From positions 12,909 through 76,908 of the forward strand of contig MHUW01000001.1 of assembly GCA_001823575.1 (NCBI GenBank): a DNA stretch of 64,000 nt, given 5' to 3'. Below the pieces are notes generated by a model. The model had not been told where the DNA came from, searched no databases, and saw only the letters and a program-made list of their open reading frames with translations. Both the position numbers and the translations under genes were made by a program. Of this stretch, positions 54,694 to 64,000 are shown in pieces; positions within the stretch are counted from its first letter, which is position 1; each line of letters begins with the position of its first letter. The stretch is from Candidatus Yonathbacteria bacterium RIFCSPLOWO2_01_FULL_47_33b (GTDB lineage Bacteria > Patescibacteriota > Minisyncoccia > Phycocordibacterales > UBA1550).

Positions 54694-56670
54694 ATGAAGC
54701 GACTCTCACCGTCTGCGACACTCTTGTTGGTTATTTCACCGATGGTTTTCGCGGCGGCATAGCTGAGTATTCAAGAGTTTAGCCATCAAACGAATATTGC
54801 GTTTGACCGACGGGGGTCGGTTGCTATATTGGGAGCGTCACTCGTTCATGCAAAGTTTGACAATGTCGTTGATGTTGGCACTTCTCTCGCTTCGCGTGCG
54901 CGAGTGTATCAAAATATAGAGAAAGGTGACTGGGATGGGGCTATGAAAAGTCTCGAAGGGACACCGCCGGACTTTCCCTATATTGATACGGTCTCGTTTC
55001 TTGATAACAAAGGGATACTGAAGGCTATCATCTCGCCGAATCCTGAGATAATTGGAAAAAATTTCGCCTATCGCGACTACTACCAAGGGGTGAGTAAGGA
55101 CTGGAGACCATACGTCTCGGCAGCATTTACGTCAGTTATCGCTCCGAAGCACAATATCATTACTGTGAGTGTGCCCGTAAAGTCGCTTGAGCAAAAAGTT
55201 CTCGGGATTCTCGTGTTTGCGGTTAACCTAGACGCCGTTGTCAGATGGAGCAAGGACATCAATATCGTGGCTGGCGGGTTTATCTATGTTGTTGATAAAA
55301 ATGGGATATTGGTAGCACATCCTAATTTGAATGTAGGCGGTGATCTAATAGATTATTCTTCCGACACTACCGTTCAAAAGATCCTCAGAGGGGAACATGG
55401 CGTTGAGGTGGTCCAGAATTCTATTGAGAACGAGGAGCAGGTAGTTGCGTACGCTCCTGTACAGGACTATGGGTTTGGTGTTGCGGTAGTACAGCAGACC
55501 CGTGTTGCTTTTGCCGAACGAAACCATCAAGCCGTAGAATTTGCCATAATCTGGGTACTCCTTATACTCATCACCAGTTTCTCTTTTTATCGCATATTGC
55601 AAAGCAGGACTGCGGTCAAGGCCCAGCGAGATCGTGAGCGAACCTTGCTTGAGAGCATAGGGGATGGTGTTGTTGCGATTGATCGCGATTGGCGTATTAC
55701 TCTATGGAACAAGGCGGCAAGTACGATTACCGGATGGAGTAAGGAGGAAGCGCTTGGTCAGCCACTTCGTGCCATTATAAAATTTATTCGTGAACGCGAC
55801 CGTAAGGAAAATATTGCGTTTATTGAAGATACGATGGTTTCAGGGAACCCTTCTTCTATGGAAGCAGGTACTCTTTTGATAAAGAAAGATGGAAGTGAAG
55901 TCGTAGCTGGCGACAGTGTATCACCCCTCGTTGGAACGAGCGGGAATATAGAGGGGGCCGTTATCGTTTTTCGGGATGCGTCCAAAGAGCGCGAGTCGAT
56001 GCACCTTCGTTCGGACTTCGCCTACGCATCACATCAGTTACGGACACCGGTCACCGAGGCGGTATGGAATCTTGAAACAGCGATGACCGCGCAGTCTCCA
56101 GAAAAAAGACAGGAATTTATGTGGATTGCTCACCATGCATTGATGAGTGTCAAAGCTCTTGCGGAGCATTTGGTGAAGGTATCAGAAATCGACCAAGGTG
56201 ACATTATGGCACAGAAAGCAACCGTAAAACTTGTAGATTTGTTTACCGAGTTGGAGCATGATTTGGAATACAAGGTAAACGTGTGCAAGGTGGCACTCGT
56301 GATTGAGCCGATGTCTCACCTGATAGCAGTCAAAACAGATCCAAAATTATTGAAGAAAGCCCTTTTTGAAATCATTGAAAATGCGGTGATCTATAGTAGG
56401 GAGAATACGGAAGTGAAGGTTGTGGCGACCTTGGAAGAGAAAGACCTGCTCGTTAAGGTCACTGATGTGGGGGTTGGAATTACCGATGAAGAACAAGCGA
56501 TTATTTTCACCAAGTTTTTTAGAGGAAGCAACCGCCCGTCGGGTGTTCCTGGCTCTGGTCTGGGGCTTTACATTGCGAAAGAATATATCAAACTACTCGG
56601 TGGTAAAATCTGGTTCACTTCAGAAGAAGGCAAGGGGACGACGTTTTATGTTTCGGTGCCAGTTGAATAG
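54694..56670 (+). CDS. Sensor histidine kinase (TM - Cache-like - TM - PAS - HisKA - HATPase); reading frame contains an in-frame TAG at 54760..54762 after the N-terminal TM segment
   Basis: MKRLSPSATLLLVISPMVFAAA*LSIQEF... continues in the same frame. H-box ASHQLRTPV. G2 box GSGLGLYIAKEY. The ORF track reports 54829..56670. Confidence 0.6.
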
Positions 56671-56838
56671 CTGGGTTTTAAGTGTTTACCCACTTACGAA
56701 TTAGTAAATTCTGAACCTGCTTGTGTTTATGTCCGAGACACGAACCAGCTGATTCAGAACCTGGAACCGCGGAGATATATGGGTACATATATAGATTACT
56801 ATATATCGCCAGCACTCGTTCGTTTTTGCTAAACAGTG

Positions 56839-56912
56839 TGCGCCCACTTGGACTTGAACCAAGGACCGCGGAGATATAAGCTCCGTGCTCTAACCAACTG
56901 AGCTATGGGCGC
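56839..56912 (-). tRNA. tRNA-Ile, anticodon UAU
   Basis: Minus strand GCGCCCA-UA-GCUC-AGUUGGUUAGA-GCAC-G-GAGCU-UAUAUCU?? resolved as anticodon stem CGGAG / loop CUUAUAU / CUCCG, variable CGGUC, T-arm CUUGG-UUCAAGU-CCAAG, acceptor UGGGCGC-A. Standard cloverleaf. Confidence 0.75.
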
Positions 56913-57228
56913 ACACTATTTATCAATCTCTCCCTCATTTGAAACTATATGGGTACATATAATGACGGCACTCGGACATTATAAAAGAGATTACTCTTTT
57001 ATATGCTCCTCGTTTGTCATTATAAGCTCCGTGATCGAATCAGCTGGTTCGTGGCTTGGCCATAAACTTTACCAAAATCACCTACGGGCAAAGCACCAAC
57101 TGACCCGCGAGGCGAATTTACTAATTCGGCTCCGTGCGGACGCTATCTTTTAATCAGCAAAGCCTTGCTAGCCATAGTATAGCAAACTGTATATACTCGC
57201 AAGTCGGGTTCATGATACAATAAAAGCA

Positions 57229-58845
57229 ATGAAAAAAATAGCGATTGGGTTCGGCGTACTTACTGGATTTTTAGCTTTTACGGCTGTTGCGTTTGCCCAA
57301 ACCTACACCCCCCTTGCACCACTCCCCATAGGAGAAGGAGGAACCACTCCCGACACCTACACACTCTCGAGCTATTTGGTCGGTGCTATTAAGCTTCTTG
57401 TTGCCGCAGGTGGTGCTATTGCGGTCCTCATGCTTATCATTAGAGGTACTCAGTACGTAGCTGCTGGTATTAACCCTAGTGCAAAAAGTGACGCAAAGGA
57501 GCGCATTATGGGTGCCCTTATCGGTCTTACGTTGGTGCTTACCTCATACCTCATCCTTAATTCAATTGACCCCCGTTTGGTAGAGTTCAACCTTACGTTG
57601 CCACCGGTGGGGCAGAGTCCTGCAGCTGCCGCCACTCCCGTTGCACCAACACCAAGCGCACCAGCACCTGTTTTAAATAACGGAGGAACAAACCCAAGTG
57701 CGCAGCCAGTAGCTCCTGCTGCTGCCGCACCTGTCACCATAACGTCGCCGACGACCGCAGTTACACCATTGCAGAATATTATTAATGCGCGTATAAATCG
57801 CAGTAATGATTATTCGGTCATATCAAACTGTATGGGAAATACTACGTATGACCTTTGTGTAAAGACCGATTTGAATGGTGATGGTCAGACAAACCTCTCA
57901 GACATAGTGCTGTTCACTCAGAAAGGCAACCTCTTTGACGTAAATCAAAACAGAGTCATTGAATTGGCAAATACTACGGCAGCAGCGTCATGCTTCTTTA
58001 AGATGCCAGGTGCAAATGTTCATGCGATGCTCCCTCGCGAAAACTGGAATCAGTCATGGTCAGACGGTGGGTCCAGTGCTTGGTACATTTCTGGGTATTC
58101 ATGTGGCGGTAGCGGGGGTATCACCGGGATGCCGACGGTTGCTTGCAGCGGTGCTACGTGGATCAAGGCGCCAGCACTCATGAACAAATGCGCGATAACT
58201 AATGGGTACATGAATATGCCGTTTGGTTTCGTCTATGGAGGAGGCAGTCAGTTTAGTAAATTCCAAAACTGGGTAACCAGCTCCTCAGTAGGAAGTGCTG
58301 TTGATTTAAGAACGTTGTTTAAGGCAACATTCTTTAGGCCGATAGCGTCTGGGGACGGAATACCACAGGATGAATATTTTGAGACCGATGACGGCAAGCT
58401 TACCTACGCAACGATTGCAGAATATGATTTAAATAATGATGGCACTGCCGATTTCAATGCAAGCGGTGCCGACATGACAGCGTTTAGTGCTTGCCAGGGA
58501 GGTTCCGCATCGGGTGCATGTGCTCGAGCAGACTTTAATCAAGATGGAACGATTGACGCTCGCGACCTCAATCTCGTGAAGCTTATGAGGAATGACGTTT
58601 TTGGCGGATCAGGTTTTACTCCCCTTGGGTGGATCCTTAACTGGTTTGAGTCGGCGTTCTTTGATCCGGCCGGCTACTCAGATACGCAGATTATTTCATA
58701 TTGTATCGGTCACGCGGCGTTTGAGAGATGTGGATATGCTGATGTAAACGGCGACCACAAGATAGATAATGCAGACCTCACTGCCTTTAACACGGGCGCA
58801 CCACTTCTTGATTTCAATAGTGACGGGAAAGTAGACTTGAGATAA
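57229..58845 (+). CDS. Secreted protein: N-terminal VirB2/TrbC-like pilin domain + Pro/Ala linker + C-terminal domain with five dockerin-like Ca-binding repeats
   Basis: Signal peptide. Two hydrophobic helices with GG-containing loop (LVGAIKLLVAAGGAIAVLMLIIRG...IMGALIGLTLVLTSYLILN). Repeats DLNGDGQTNLSDIVLF, DFNQDGTIDARDLNLV, DVNGDHKIDNADLTAF, DFNSDGKVDL. Confidence 0.5.
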   Translation: MKKIAIGFGVLTGFLAFTAVAFAQTYTPLAPLPIGEGGTTPDTYTLSSYLVGAIKLLVAAGGAIAVLMLIIRGTQYVAAGINPSAKSDAKERIMGALIGLTLVLTSYLILNSIDPRLVEFNLTLPPVGQSPAAAATPVAPTPSAPAPVLNNGGTNPSAQPVAPAAAAPVTITSPTTAVTPLQNIINARINRSNDYSVISNCMGNTTYDLCVKTDLNGDGQTNLSDIVLFTQKGNLFDVNQNRVIELANTTAAASCFFKMPGANVHAMLPRENWNQSWSDGGSSAWYISGYSCGGSGGITGMPTVACSGATWIKAPALMNKCAITNGYMNMPFGFVYGGGSQFSKFQNWVTSSSVGSAVDLRTLFKATFFRPIASGDGIPQDEYFETDDGKLTYATIAEYDLNNDGTADFNASGADMTAFSACQGGSASGACARADFNQDGTIDARDLNLVKLMRNDVFGGSGFTPLGWILNWFESAFFDPAGYSDTQIISYCIGHAAFERCGYADVNGDHKIDNADLTAFNTGAPLLDFNSDGKVDLR

Positions 58846-58851
58846 AAGTTT

Positions 58852-61026
58852 CTACTCCCAGTGCGTGTCGCGGTGTGACGCCTCGATGCGGGCGCGGAGG
58901 AGTGGGTGTTTTGTAAGGTCGGGATCGATGGTGATGATATTGCTTGCCTCGGTGCGTGCTGCTTCGACCATTTTGATATTTTTGATTGCTTCCATACCAA
59001 GGTCTGAAATACCCCACTGTTTTCCACCGCCGAGCTCACCTGAACCGCGGAGCATGAGGTCGAGCTCGGCAAGCTCAAAACCGTTCTTTGAGGACACGAG
59101 CGCTTTCAGGCGTTTGATGGAAGTTTCGTTGTCGGTACTGGCAAAGAGGTAGCAGTAGGGCTGGTGCGTACTGCGCAGTACGCGTCCACGGAGCTGGTGA
59201 AGCTGTGCGAGGCCAAAGCGCTCGGCGCCCTCGATGACAATCATGGTGGCGTTGGGGACATTGACACCCACCTCGACGACCGAAGTGGCGACGAGAATGT
59301 GAATAGTCCCTTTGGTAAATTCTGCCATCACCCATTCTTTTTCTGAAGGCTTCATTTTTCCGTGGAGTACCCCCACTTCAAACTCGGGGAAAACATTGGT
59401 GGCGATACGTTCCGCTTCTGCAGTGACGGACTTTACATTGAGAGCAAGAGCTTTTTCGGGATCCGGTTCGTCAATGCGTGGGCAGATAACATAGGCTTGG
59501 CGGCCACGTCTGAGCTCTGTGCGAATTTCCTCCTCCATTTTTTTGCGGGCACTAGGGGTGATGAGTTCTGTTTTAACAGGGAGGCGACCACGAGGCATCT
59601 CGTCAATGACGGTGAGGTCTAGGTTGCCATAAATGGTGAGCGCGAGCGTGCGGGGGATTGGTGTTGCGGTCATCGAGAGAAAATGAGGGAGCACAGTATC
59701 TTTTTTAGTGAGCTTCCCGCGTTGCCTGGTACCAAAGCGATGTTGCTCGTCCACGATAGCAAGGGCGAGATTTTTGAACTGCACGCTTTTTTCAATGAGT
59801 GCATGCGTGCCGATGAGAATGGGAATAGTTCCGTCAGCAACCCACTTGAGGAGCTGGGGTTTTGAAATAGCAGTAGCCCCCGCTGGATCTACTTTGGAAG
59901 GGAATTTTTTTGCACCAGAGCCCGTAAGGAGGCCAATTTGAATGGGAAGATCCTTGAAGTATTCAATAAAACTTTTGAAATGCTGTTCAGCAAGGATTTC
60001 AGTCGGTGCCATATAAGCGACCTGAAGGTTGCCGTGCTTGTTGTCGCGCGGGGCAGTGGCGACGACCGCGTATGCAGCGGTCGCGGCAACAAATGTTTTT
60101 CCTGAACCCACATCACCCTCAAGGAGTCGTGCCATAGGCGTCCCTTTTTTAAGGTCTGCAAAAATACTTTCGAGCGCGCTTGATTGTGAATCTGTTGGAG
60201 TGAAAGGGAAGCGGTCAATAAAGCGTAAGAGGGCTACCGAGTCAGGAATAATAGTAAACGCATCATGGGACTCAAACGCTACACGGTCTCGCTGTCGTGC
60301 AAGCTGAATCATAAAAACTTCTTCAAACGCAAAACGCTTGCGCGCAGCTTGGGCGTCGCCTTCTTTTTGTGGCGTGTGAATCCACACAAGTGCGGTACGA
60401 AGGGAGGGGAGATGGTAGCAGGTAAGAATCTCCTCAGAGATTGGGTCAACCACCTGACCAAGCACACCCATTGAGAAAACTTTTTGAATATGGTGATAGA
60501 GAAAACGCGAAGTGATACCTTTTGTTTCGGGGTACACAGGATAGAAAAAAGCAGCGGCATCAGCGCCAAAGAGCGAGTGTCCTGCATCGATAGGAAGCTC
60601 TTTTGTTTTTTCAAGTTCAGGATTTGCAAGATAGAGCACCCCCTTACGGTCTTCAACGCGTCCTGCAAGTTTGACCATCGTATCGGGTTCGAGTTGTTTT
60701 GCAATGTAGGCCTGGTGGAACCATATAGCTTTTATTTTTCCCGTGCCGTCTTCAATAACTGCCTCAGTCATCGGAATCTTTGAGTGAAACCCTTTTGCTG
60801 TTTTTGCAGAGACGACGCGACCATAGACGATAGTGTTTTCTCCTGCAGTAAGGTCGCGAATGAGTTTTACTTCTGCAATGTTGCTGTAGCGTGTAGGGAA
60901 ATAGTAGAGTAGGTCATTTACGGTCGCGATGCCAAGTTTCGTGAGCCCAACTTTCTGTGTTGGCGTAAGGCGAAAAATATCCGCAAGCGAGGTAGAGGGG
61001 GTGACGGTGATTATTTTTGCAGGCAT
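58852..61026 (-). CDS. recG: ATP-dependent DNA helicase RecG
   Basis: 724 aa. Wedge/OB region. Walker A GDVGSGKT. DEQHRFG. Confidence 0.85.
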   Translation of the reverse strand: MPAKIITVTPSTSLADIFRLTPTQKVGLTKLGIATVNDLLYYFPTRYSNIAEVKLIRDLTAGENTIVYGRVVSAKTAKGFHSKIPMTEAVIEDGTGKIKAIWFHQAYIAKQLEPDTMVKLAGRVEDRKGVLYLANPELEKTKELPIDAGHSLFGADAAAFFYPVYPETKGITSRFLYHHIQKVFSMGVLGQVVDPISEEILTCYHLPSLRTALVWIHTPQKEGDAQAARKRFAFEEVFMIQLARQRDRVAFESHDAFTIIPDSVALLRFIDRFPFTPTDSQSSALESIFADLKKGTPMARLLEGDVGSGKTFVAATAAYAVVATAPRDNKHGNLQVAYMAPTEILAEQHFKSFIEYFKDLPIQIGLLTGSGAKKFPSKVDPAGATAISKPQLLKWVADGTIPILIGTHALIEKSVQFKNLALAIVDEQHRFGTRQRGKLTKKDTVLPHFLSMTATPIPRTLALTIYGNLDLTVIDEMPRGRLPVKTELITPSARKKMEEEIRTELRRGRQAYVICPRIDEPDPEKALALNVKSVTAEAERIATNVFPEFEVGVLHGKMKPSEKEWVMAEFTKGTIHILVATSVVEVGVNVPNATMIVIEGAERFGLAQLHQLRGRVLRSTHQPYCYLFASTDNETSIKRLKALVSSKNGFELAELDLMLRGSGELGGGKQWGISDLGMEAIKNIKMVEAARTEASNIITIDPDLTKHPLLRARIEASHRDTHWE

Positions 61027-61059
61027 GGTATACCGATTTTACCACGTTCCCGTTATTTT

Positions 61060-63081
61060 TTACTTTGACGCGCCAATCTCCTTGAGAAACGCCTTGTTTG
61101 AGGGTTTGCGACCGAGGAAACCTTTTACGAGTTCGATGTCTTCGATGCTGCCACCTTTTTCAAGAATCCATGTTCTATAATCGGCGCCTACTTTTTTACT
61201 CATTACTCCTTCTTTTTTGAAGCGTGTGAACATATCGGCAGCGTAGACGTTGGACCACATATAGCCGTAGTACCCGGCATCATAGCCGTCGAGGTGTCCA
61301 AAGCCTGCGGGGAAGAGAGAATCTTTTGGCATAATAATCCCTGCGTGTTTTTTCACGAGGTCGCGGTAGAGCCTGTTGGGTTCCGGAGGGTTTTTCTTAG
61401 TATGAAGGGTGAGGTCAAAGATTCCAAGAATGAGCTGGCGAAGGGTTGCGTAGCGGAGGAGGTGGCGCTTGCTTTCGAGGAGGTTATTCAAGAGTGATGC
61501 AGGGAGTGCTTTGCTGGTCTCGTGATGTGCCGAGAGGAGTGCGAGTGGTTTCTTTCCCCATGCCCAATGTTCAAGCATTTGTGATGGCGCTTCAACGAAG
61601 TCCCACGACGTATGGTAGCCAGACTGAGATGAGTGACGTGCGGTTGTGAGGACGCAATGCATAATGTGACCAAACTCGTGAAGGAATGTTTCGACTTCGC
61701 TGTGCGAGAGGAGAGACGGGTGTGTAGAGGAAGGTTTTGTAAAATTGGTGACCATCGTTGCAAACGGCGCAATATAATCATCCCCCAGGAATTCCGTGCT
61801 GCGTCCTCCGATAATGCCAAACGCCGCAGCGTGGCCGTACTTTCCTTCGCGTGGATAGAGGTCGAGGGCGAAATAGGAGAGGACTTCACCTTTGGGTGTT
61901 TTAACTGCGTAGAGTTTTGCGTCAGGGTGCCAGAGAGAGAACCCTTTGAGCTCTTCAAACGTCACACCAAAGAGGGTGCTGTAGATTTTGAACGTACCCT
62001 CAAGGACACGCGCGACAGGGAAGTACGCACGCACCTCTTCGCTGTCAAAGTGGAAGCGGCGCTTTTGTAGCTCATTTCCATAGTAGGCGATATCGTAAAA
62101 GTGAAGTACCGCTTTCTTGTTTCCTGTCATTTCGCATTTGAGCGCGCGAAGTTCCTCGAGGTCTGCTTTGCCGCCTTTCTCGACTTTTTTGAGGAGGTCT
62201 AGAGAAAACGCGAGGGCGGCGTCTCCTGACTTTGCCATACGAAGCTCGGTTTGGTAGTCGGCGTGGGTCTTGTACCCCAAGAGTGCCGCATGCTCCGCAC
62301 GAATAGCGAGCATTTCTTCAAGAACCTTCATATTTTTTGCACCACCACGCTTCAAAAACTTCTCTGCAAGTTCTTTACGTTTTGCTTCACTCTGCGCGAG
62401 CTCCATAAAAGGGTGATAGTCAGGATAGGCGAGCGTGACGATGTAGCGACCTTGCTTGTCTTTCTTTAATCCCTGCTTGTATCGCTCGGGAAGACCAATC
62501 ATTTCTTCCTCAGTCGCTACAATATGGTCCTCGTGCGCATTGATGTTGTGGCGGAACTCATTGGAAAGTTTTGCAAGGCGTTGTTCAAGGGCTTTGAGAT
62601 GTTTTTGTTTCATAGGAGGTAAATCAAACCCCATGCGTTTGTATTCGAGAAACATATCCCGGAAAAGTTTTTGGTCTTCAGCCTCAAGGTATTTGCGCTC
62701 CTCGCGCCATGAGCCCACCTCATAATCTTTGAGTGCAGCCCAGACTTTTGGGTCGTGCTCAACAGTAATCATCTGCTTTTCGATGGTCTCAATAGTTTGT
62801 TTTGCGGTGTCACGAATCTTTTTGTCGGGAGAAACATTTTGCAAAAGATCAATCTTCAAAATTGTTTCCGTGAGTCCATGGTCAGATGCCTCGAGGGCGT
62901 ACACCGTGTTCTCAAAGGTGCGCTCCTCAGGATTTATTTTCTTGATAACCGCAAGGCGTGCTTTTTTCTCAGCAAGAATCTCAGGTGCAAGTTTTTTAAT
63001 ATCGGCGACAGTCCACGCTGTCCATGCAAAATCTTTTGGGGTGTACGTTGTTCTGTTCATAGGGGTACTATACCCGAACAC
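61060..63081 (-). CDS. M3-family zinc oligopeptidase (Dcp/OpdA-like)
   Basis: 673 aa. HEFGHIMH (HExxH) plus a downstream Glu. M3A length. Confidence 0.7.
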   Translation of the reverse strand: MFGYSTPMNRTTYTPKDFAWTAWTVADIKKLAPEILAEKKARLAVIKKINPEERTFENTVYALEASDHGLTETILKIDLLQNVSPDKKIRDTAKQTIETIEKQMITVEHDPKVWAALKDYEVGSWREERKYLEAEDQKLFRDMFLEYKRMGFDLPPMKQKHLKALEQRLAKLSNEFRHNINAHEDHIVATEEEMIGLPERYKQGLKKDKQGRYIVTLAYPDYHPFMELAQSEAKRKELAEKFLKRGGAKNMKVLEEMLAIRAEHAALLGYKTHADYQTELRMAKSGDAALAFSLDLLKKVEKGGKADLEELRALKCEMTGNKKAVLHFYDIAYYGNELQKRRFHFDSEEVRAYFPVARVLEGTFKIYSTLFGVTFEELKGFSLWHPDAKLYAVKTPKGEVLSYFALDLYPREGKYGHAAAFGIIGGRSTEFLGDDYIAPFATMVTNFTKPSSTHPSLLSHSEVETFLHEFGHIMHCVLTTARHSSQSGYHTSWDFVEAPSQMLEHWAWGKKPLALLSAHHETSKALPASLLNNLLESKRHLLRYATLRQLILGIFDLTLHTKKNPPEPNRLYRDLVKKHAGIIMPKDSLFPAGFGHLDGYDAGYYGYMWSNVYAADMFTRFKKEGVMSKKVGADYRTWILEKGGSIEDIELVKGFLGRKPSNKAFLKEIGASK

Positions 63082-63092
63082 TTTCTAAAAAT

Positions 63093-63665
63093 CTACACGG
63101 CGCGATATACGACGAGCGAAATGAGCGCAAAAAGGATAGCGGTACAAAAAAGATAAAGGGCAGCCGTAAGGAGAAGAGGAAAAGGCCATAGGGTGTAAAG
63201 AAGAAGTGAAACAACTCCCAGTGATTGTGTAATCATCTTGAACTTACCAGAATTCTCGGCTTGGATGATCGTGCCGTAGTAGTGGTTGCGGACATACGCA
63301 CTCGTAATCAGAATGAGGTCTATCAAAACCATTGCATAGACAAGTTCCCAGTTAAGGTAGCGAGGAACGATGATAATGACGGCTGTCGCAACGAGGAGTT
63401 TGTCGGCAAGGGGGTCAAACATTTTCCCAAAATCAGATACAAGCTCGCGCGTGCGTGCCAGAGACCCGTCAACCGCGTCAGAAAAAGCAGAGAGCATAAA
63501 AAGAGGGAGGGCGATAGGGTAGTTTTCAATCCAGAAAAAGTAGCCAATAAACGGTACGCTCGCAAAACGCATCCATGAGATGATGTTGGGGGTCACCCAC
63601 TCTGGGATAAGTTTAAGCAGGGTCTTCGCCAGGATTTTGTCAGTGAGGGTGAGTTTGTGGGGCAT
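63093..63665 (-). CDS. pgsA: CDP-alcohol phosphatidyltransferase (PgsA-like)
   Basis: DAVDGSLARTRELVSDFGKMFDPLADKLL matches the D-G-x2-A-R...G-x3-D-x3-D motif. Confidence 0.7.
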   Translation of the reverse strand: MPHKLTLTDKILAKTLLKLIPEWVTPNIISWMRFASVPFIGYFFWIENYPIALPLFMLSAFSDAVDGSLARTRELVSDFGKMFDPLADKLLVATAVIIIVPRYLNWELVYAMVLIDLILITSAYVRNHYYGTIIQAENSGKFKMITQSLGVVSLLLYTLWPFPLLLTAALYLFCTAILFALISLVVYRAV

Positions 63666-63733
63666 GAAGACTATTATATGGTATTTATAAAATAAATGCT
63701 TGCGTTTTTGTCACGCTTTGATACCATGGAGGT

Positions 63734-64000
63734 ATGGCTGAGTCGGTTATTTCTCAAAGAGTTTTCTTTCCAAAAGGTGAACAAAAAAAGTTCATCAAGA
63801 ATGTTCAAAGTACGCTTTCTCTCGACAGTAAAGCACTTGCCGAACTCGCAGGGAAGAGTGCAAGGACCCTCGCTGACTGGAAGAGAGAAAAGTTCTCAAT
63901 GCCACTCAGTGCTGCGGAGTTTCTTTCAGAGAAATCTGGGATACCTCTTCACGCTAACGTTAAAATCAAAGAAGCGTACTGGTACACATCTCTTGGTTCG
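63734..64000 (+). CDS. Hypothetical protein, 3' end outside window
   Basis: ATG ORF MAESVISQRVFFPKGEQKKFIKNVQ... open to the window end. Confidence 0.3.
   Translation, partial: MAESVISQRVFFPKGEQKKFIKNVQSTLSLDSKALAELAGKSARTLADWKREKFSMPLSAAEFLSEKSGIPLHANVKIKEAYWYTSLGS

Overview
This 64-kb window is a bacterial chromosome segment dominated by an almost complete str/S10/spc ribosomal-protein supercluster on the + strand: rpsL-rpsG-fusA, then tuf-rpsJ-rplCDWB, then rpsS-rplV-rpsC-rplP-rpmC-rpsQ-rplNXE, then rpsN(Z-type)-rpsH-rplFR-rpsE-rplO-secY-adk-map. The cluster is interrupted three times by non-ribosomal inserts: a DinJ/YafQ toxin-antitoxin pair, a response regulator and a pilin between fusA and tuf; a secreted repeat protein between rplB and rpsS; and an inverted-repeat element plus a small ORF between rplE and rpsN. 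No L30 gene lies between rpsE and rplO, and there is no infA/rpmJ/rpsM block after map. These traits, the small proteins and the overall gene content suggest a reduced Patescibacteria/CPR-like genome; that is inference only. The second half carries ndk, a beta-CASP RNase, the infC-rpmI-rplT operon (- strand), ftsH, smpB, recG, an M3 peptidase, pgsA and a Cache/PAS histidine kinase. A tmRNA gene (ssrA, - strand, ~51117..51524) sits next to smpB; I identified it from sequence by its tRNA-like ends, a GGUGCUAUGCCGAG box and a tag ORF encoding ANAFTPAYALVA. The 3' end of ssrA is overlapped by a large serine recombinase gene, with a phage terminase small subunit and accessory genes upstream, so this looks like an integrated mobile element at ssrA. 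Other accessory content: an ImmA/IrrE-DUF4411 pair; two tRNA-like genes with anomalies; a block of decayed att-like repeats; a tRNA-Ile(UAU); and a four-gene operon encoding a membrane-anchored protein, a Cys-rich secreted protein, a duplicated 4-TM protein and a VirD4/TraG-like ATPase, followed by a second DinJ/RelE module whose toxin carries an in-frame amber codon. A wHTH-Cas2-like solo gene is flanked by a dispersed 40-52-bp palindrome family. Recurrent unexplained structure includes several perfect 42-60-bp palindromes sitting just upstream of gene starts, G8-G10 homopolymer tracts in or near the promoter regions of genes for surface/secreted proteins, and a covarying leader RNA hairpin element present upstream of rpsL and of a small membrane-protein gene. 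No CRISPR array was found. All coordinates were counted by hand and may be off by a few bases.
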